From contig OZ076409.1 of the NCBI GenBank assembly GCA_964187785.1, positions 1,054,001 to 1,118,000 of the forward strand: 64,000 nucleotides of DNA, given 5' to 3'. Numbering within the stretch: the first letter of the stretch is position 1; each line of letters opens with the position of its first letter. Shown here one piece after another: positions 25,101 to 64,000 of this stretch. This DNA comes from Amphiscolops sp. MND2022. Lineage: Eukaryota. Under the pieces are notes generated by a model. That model made no database searches. It saw only the letters and a list, made by a program, of their open reading frames with translations, and had not been told where the DNA came from. The position numbers and the translations under genes are program-made.

Positions 25101-25764
25101 TTATGACTGGCACGCTTACGCTTAAGCGGCGCTTTTTGTAAGAAAACGCTGGCTCAGCGAATTTTGGTTCTCAAAAGCTACAATTTTTTGAAAATTATTT
25201 TTGAAAAGATTACGAACTTTTGAAAATTTCGATCGGTTACTTCCTTATCTCAACAAACTACCACCACCAGAGACAAATTTTTCTATTGTACTAGTGTCGG
25301 GTGAAATTCTCAGTACAAAAAAACTTGCCACTGTTAGAGTTGGGCACTTTTTGTAACCAAAATAGCTATAATTTCTGACCAATTAGATAAGCGCAAATTT
25401 CAGTCGTCGCTTTCGCTGTCGCCGCTTATCCGGATATTGTGTCGCTTTCGCTTTTTTTGCGCTTTCGCTACAAGCGACCTAATTCACTGTTCTATTCATA
25501 CCTGGGTAGATCAGCGTGGAGATCGTCCTCTGGTTGAGATTCAACCGAGGCACTGGTCGGCTGGAAAAAGGTGCTGCTGCTGCTGCCGGCATGTTGGTCT
25601 TTCTGTCGCTCGCTTCTGATTGGTTGAAAAGAGTGCTCGGTTGATGAGGAGAGGAAATGGAAATTCTCGGAGGCCTCTTTGATCAAAGTCTTCTTGGAGT
25701 TGTGCGCACACAGCCGACACGGCAGCACAGAAATTGATGCTTTGCTGACCGCTTTCTTCAACAT
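4022..25764 (-). CDS. mRpL19: Mitochondrial ribosomal protein L19 (bL19m), 5 exons, 326 aa, complete
   Basis: Exons 25502-25764, 22644-22852, 14444-14676, 8553-8662 and 4022-4187 join through GT-AG introns in phases 2,1,0,2 to give 981 nt from ATG to TGA. Motifs DMVKRRRHVVIPEFYPGSILRVTYAD, FLRNVVDGEGVELEVQLYSPR, LERWLDQDLLFLRNA and VKMLPKPWDYRWER match the metazoan MRPL19 family. Confidence 0.93.
4955..5036. repeat. 22-bp minisatellite (AAAACGTTATATCCGAACTTTG)~4 inside family A
   Basis: Four degenerate units; two units also at 16141-16185. Confidence 0.8.
5976..6273. mobile_element. Degenerate hAT MITE
   Basis: CAGGGTTT...AATCCTG ends; TSD CCTCCAAC/CATCCAAC (1 mismatch). Confidence 0.5.
6475..8195 (-). 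mobile_element. Internally deleted hAT DNA transposon
   Basis: 8-bp TSD GATGAGCG (6467-6474, 8196-8203); terminus CAGGGCTGCCGCTG with a degenerate partner; TATGATC subterminal repeats at both ends; N-terminal zinc finger (KFKDEW...AFCTSC...H...H, 7387-8043) and hAT dimerisation motif (FPSIVKVA...SNGNAIAERGFS, 6711-7511) without a catalytic core. Confidence 0.85.
8553..8662 (-). CDS. mRpL19: mRpL19 exon 4
   Basis: Acceptor ttgcag|CCG; encodes PEPIPEEVPVFTGRVKMLPKPWDYRWERFNLKNMDT; donor TC|GTTAGT. Confidence 0.9.
9060..9470 (-). mobile_element. hAT transposase C-terminal remnant
   Basis: Translation ATSVESERDFCQGGLIRSAFRAQM...LLIF resembles the hAT dimerisation domain. Confidence 0.55.
10430..12096 (+). 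mobile_element. Decayed hAT (BED-finger) transposase with its right terminus
   Basis: ATG 10496 MGRRKSDIWSNF...CTKC...HLTRC (BED finger), VTDNATNM, CQAHLLNLLCK, VRWNS, SSAGLERQFSILG...KLAFLYKQMN; many stops and frameshifts; ends in CAACCCTG. Confidence 0.85.
11736..13538. repeat. Tandem duplication (927 bp + 875 bp)
   Basis: 11736-12662 is repeated at 12664-13538; the second copy lacks 52 bp; near-identical ORFs at 12117 and 12993. Confidence 0.93.
13097..14040 (-). mobile_element. HINE-like family F with internal ~180-bp tandem units (others: 12221, 32734-32967)
   Basis: CAACAAGACG-CCCGCggaccaGCGGG hairpin, then ATTTTCCGCC ... GGCGGAAAAT; recurring TGGACAACGAATTC...TTTTCAACATTCTAATCCACGA units. 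Confidence 0.6.
14444..14676 (-). CDS. mRpL19: mRpL19 exon 3
   Basis: Acceptor atgcag|GG; encodes KSSFVGRVLYR...LRNVVDGEGVELEVQLYSPRL...PLDMQ; donor CAG|GTCGTA. Confidence 0.93.
17310..17619 (-). repeat. 3' LTR
   Basis: Direct repeat of 21564-21873, no mismatch seen by eye. Confidence 0.97.
17638..21429 (-). pseudogene. Disrupted gag-pol polyprotein of the Gypsy element
   Basis: Zinc knuckles (CPKCGTRHESRSC, CNNCKKPNHFAKVC), protease DTGA, RT YQDD, RNase H TDAS/EREALA/TDHKPL, integrase HDVHQG...CPEC, VSDNG, SNGLAER. Lesions: frameshift ~19184, in-frame TGA 18464-18466, frameshift ~18080. Confidence 0.92.
21564..21873 (-). repeat. 5' LTR
   Basis: Direct repeat of 17310-17619; followed on the minus strand by the TGG-starting PBS. 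Confidence 0.97.
22644..22852 (-). CDS. mRpL19: mRpL19 exon 2
   Basis: Acceptor tccag|A; encodes ...LEWGDMVKRRRHVVIPEFYPGSILRVTYADTFATN; donor G|GTTGGT. Confidence 0.93.
23508..23835. mobile_element. TA-flanked MITE nested in a family C copy
   Basis: TA-CAGAGTATGACGCTG...CAGCGTCATACACTG-TA. Confidence 0.8.
24559..24598. repeat. (AAATC)8 microsatellite
   Basis: Perfect pentamer array. Confidence 0.95.
24767..24975. mobile_element. pogo/Tigger-like MITE (similar: 26861-27019)
   Basis: TA-CAGTTGAATCCC...GGGATTCAACTG-TA. Confidence 0.75.
25502..25764 (-). CDS. mRpL19: mRpL19 exon 1 (putative mitochondrial presequence MLKKAVSKASISVLPCRL...)
   Basis: ATG at 25764; donor AG|GTATGA at 25501 in phase 2 matches the exon 2 acceptor. 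Poorly conserved region. Confidence 0.75.
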
Positions 25765-27027
25765 TTCTAATCTGAATTCTGCATTCACATATCTTCCAAG
25801 TTGATTTTAGGCCTCTCAAATATCGAAAAAACTCAAATTTCAACTAAAGTTTCCTAAAATATGGGTCGTAGAAATTTCAGAAAAACATTTTTGTAAACTA
25901 GATAAAATTCGAAGATATTTCAGAACGCTACTGTGCTATCAACTAAATCATGTTAAGTAAAAAAAGAATGTAGGCATTTTGGGTAAAACAATGATGATTA
26001 TCCGGTTTTCGGCAGCAAATTCCTGATTATTGATTTTAGTGTTGATTTTTTCGATGTGCAATCTTGATGGTTACATGACATTTCATCCTACGCATTTTCA
26101 ATCTATGCAATTTTGAGCTAAACTAATTTTGCTTATGGATTGGATACTAATTAGTTATACAATTATATTAGCCGGCGATTTTCATTTTTTTCATTCATTT
26201 CTAAATTTAAATGTGCTAATTTTTCTTCGTGAACAATTACCATTAATTATGACTGCTGTTTGGTTCCTTACTAACTATTGTACTGAAATAATAACAACCG
26301 AAGTAGGAGTAATTAGCCAAAATTGGCATAGGTCGAAATTGCGGAAGGTTGAAAATGCAAAAGGTTGAAATTGTCAACGGTTGAAATTGCATAGGACGAA
26401 ATATAAGCATCGAGATTACACATCAAAAAAATCAACACTAAAATCGATAATCAGGAATATGCTGAAAGCCTTTGGATAACCATCGCTTCTCGTGCTTCTC
26501 ATGCCTTCATTCTTCTACTTGGCATCGTTTAGTCGGGAGTAGTTTAGCAACACTTGTTTTGAATTCAACATTTTGAGGCTGTAATTCGATTTTTGGAAGA
26601 AATCAAAAAAAACAGTAAGGCAATGACAGCAGGCCCACACATGCGACAAAGCGGGTGAAAATATCGGGCTTATCCGTTTCAAGGTAAAAATAGGATATGA
26701 CAGCAGATGTCAGCATACTGCGTGCCATACTGCCTCAAAATAGGGATTTAGTATTTTAATTATCGAACCAAAACAAGAGAGCGCATATGCCATAAAAAGG
26801 GAAAAGTTTCAGGGAAAAGTGATACTGAAAAAGGATATGACAAGTACTGCTAAAATAGTACAGTCAACTCCGGTTAATTCGGATCTTCGTTTAATTCGTA
26901 CGTCTTTGAGGCCCCCATTTCAGGACGACCAAAGTAAAATTATCCTGTTAATTCGTATTTCTCGTTATTCGTAGTATTTTATTCGGTCCCTAGCGATACT
27001 CATTAGGCGGATTCCACTGTAGTAAAG

Positions 27028-27674
27028 AACAAGCCGGGACCGGCCCAAGTCGGCGCCATATCCAAGGCTCAAAAATAACAAAAAGACTTCCAAGTGTCAA
27101 GTATTCTCTTTTACAGTAGTCGAAAATCGAATATTTTACGAAAAAAAAAATTTCGAAAAAATTACATACTCAAAAAATGGACCGAGTGGCGCGCCGGGGC
27201 CCGCTAGCGCGAGCCCCTGGCGCGCTGAAAGGGGGACACTTCCGAAATTGTCATTTTTGTCGCAGTTGAAGGGGTTTTGTCGCAAAACATCAAAAAATTG
27301 AAAAGGGGAAAATTTTTATTTTCGGAAAAAAAATCTCACAGTGCCGAAAAAAACTGAAAGTGGGGACCCTTTGGGATTTTCCAACATCCATTCTGTCGCA
27401 AAACAGCAAAAAAATTGAAGGGGGACCCTTTGGGGAAAAAATTTCCGGAAAAAAATCTCGCAGTGCCGAAAAAAATTGGAAGGGGGGACCCTTTGGTATG
27501 GTCTGGTACGCGGGAAAACAGGAAAAACTTTTTTGGTTCAGTTCGCTAGACCAAATAGTACAATAATATTTTGTAGAACTTTTAAGAACTATTTTGGTCA
27601 GTTCGTGTGGATTGAAAAAAAAAGAAAAGCCACTATAATAGTCGCGTTTCACTTCATGAAGCGCCGACTAAAAA
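27028..27674 (-). mobile_element. HINE-like family A, representative copy (others: 846-1409, 16066-16285, 21876-22235, 28180-28665, 34331-34670, 41503-41869, 42654-43020; inverted 33221-33559; array 14730-15945)
   Basis: + strand AACAA-GCCGGgaCCGGC hairpin, then AGTCGGCGC ... AGTCGCG..GCGCCGACT-AAAAA: asymmetric subterminal IRs, an end hairpin, no TSD, A/T-run junctions. Confidence 0.75.
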
Positions 27675-27948
27675 CTCGAAAAAAGGCAAAAGACGCCAAA
27701 AACATCCGTTTGATTATTTGAAATCAAGTACTAACTAAAATGGTCGCAATAAGGACTAATCGAGTGGCAAAAAATTGGAGTGGAACTGCCTAGATGAAGG
27801 AAAAGATGCTGTTGAGTGAAGAGAATCATTGGACAAGAACCGGTAGGGATGACAAACAAGTAAATTGGAAATATTCATTTTACAACTAAATAACAGTTTC
27901 AACAATATTCAGTTTGGGTCAGTCGGCGGCAATTCAGACACTCAATAT

Positions 27949-63300
<35,352 letters not shown>

Positions 63301-63467
63301 CTGGAAGCCAACCACGTGCGAATGGCCGCCACTGCTGCTGTTGTTGTGACCACTCCTCTCTGCACTGCCACTCCTTCTATCTCTGCGTCAGTCGTCAGAG
63401 CTCAGTGTCGTGCAATTAACACTATACCAACATTGTTAATTAACAAGCCTGTTTAAACTGTTTTTAA

Positions 63468-63865
63468 TAGGCATGTACCGGAATTCCGGTCCGGCCGGAT
63501 TTCAAAAAAGTTCCGGTTCTGGCCGGAATCATCATTGGTTCCGGCCGAAACAAAATTCTCTTAAAAACAGCATTGTTTCCAAAATGTTTTAAATTGTTTC
63601 ATAAATTGATACAATTGACTAAAACAATTTCAGATTATGGTGAAGAGATAAAAGTTTTTCGCCAGTTTGTGGAAGAAGTCTGCTTCTTTTTTCTTCATAT
63701 ATGTTTCCGAATTCGGAGAACAGCCTTTCTGAATAAACAGATGACAGAGGTGATGTCAGAAATTTCTTCGCAACTTTTTTCATAGAACGTAAATGTAGGA
63801 TAGCACAATCAAAGTTCCGGTCCGGTTCCGGCCGGAACTGAAAAACGCATTCCGGTACATCCCTA
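63468..63865. mobile_element. hAT-like MITE
   Basis: TIR TAGGCATGTACCGGAAT / ATTCCGGTACATCCCTA; CCGG subterminal repeats; TSD not clear. Confidence 0.65.
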
Positions 63866-64000
63866 GCTTAACACCAGTTTTTTAACAAGGTTATCAGAAT
63901 GTTGAAAATTCCATGGGTTCTAGTCAAAAACTGAAGTGTTTCAGATGACGAGGGTCGTGGTGTACGAACTGCAAAAACGAAATGGTCAACAATGCTGGAA

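Larger units (their letters stand above)
24161..25159. mobile_element. MITE with ~100-bp terminal inverted repeats (superfamily unclear)
   Basis: CACTGAGC..GTTTTCTT..GCGCCGCTTAAGCG...CAACAAGCGATAAGCGCG is mirrored at ~25055-25159; contains (AAATC)8 and a nested MITE. Confidence 0.7.

Overview
Eukaryotic (invertebrate-like metazoan) genomic DNA: small GC-rich exons sit in AT-rich introns packed with transposons. Two co-oriented minus-strand genes can be spliced by hand with consistent intron phases. (1) A complete 5-exon mitochondrial ribosomal protein L19 gene (mRpL19, 25764->4022, 326 aa). (2) The 3' portion (16 exons, ~920 codons) of a ZFR/Zn72D-type gene with three C2H2 zinc fingers, a DZF domain and an extended RGG tail (>=63300->27949); its N-terminus lies beyond the window. 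The introns hold a full-length Ty3/Gypsy LTR element (17310-21873; LTRs identical by eye, 5-bp TSD, but a disrupted pol), several hAT remnants, hAT/Tc1-pogo/piggyBac/foldback MITEs, LINE fragments, a CORE-type SINE and three ~1-kb tandem duplications. Most notable: at least six sequence-unrelated non-autonomous families share the Helentron/HINE architecture (asymmetric subterminal inverted repeats plus a terminal hairpin), two carry tRNA-like cassettes, and almost all point the same way as the host genes. The splice sites are also atypical (mostly GTY donors, UG-rich acceptors, a probable GC donor overlapping an in-frame stop). All alignments and counts were done by eye; no database search was run, and the organism cannot be identified from the sequence.
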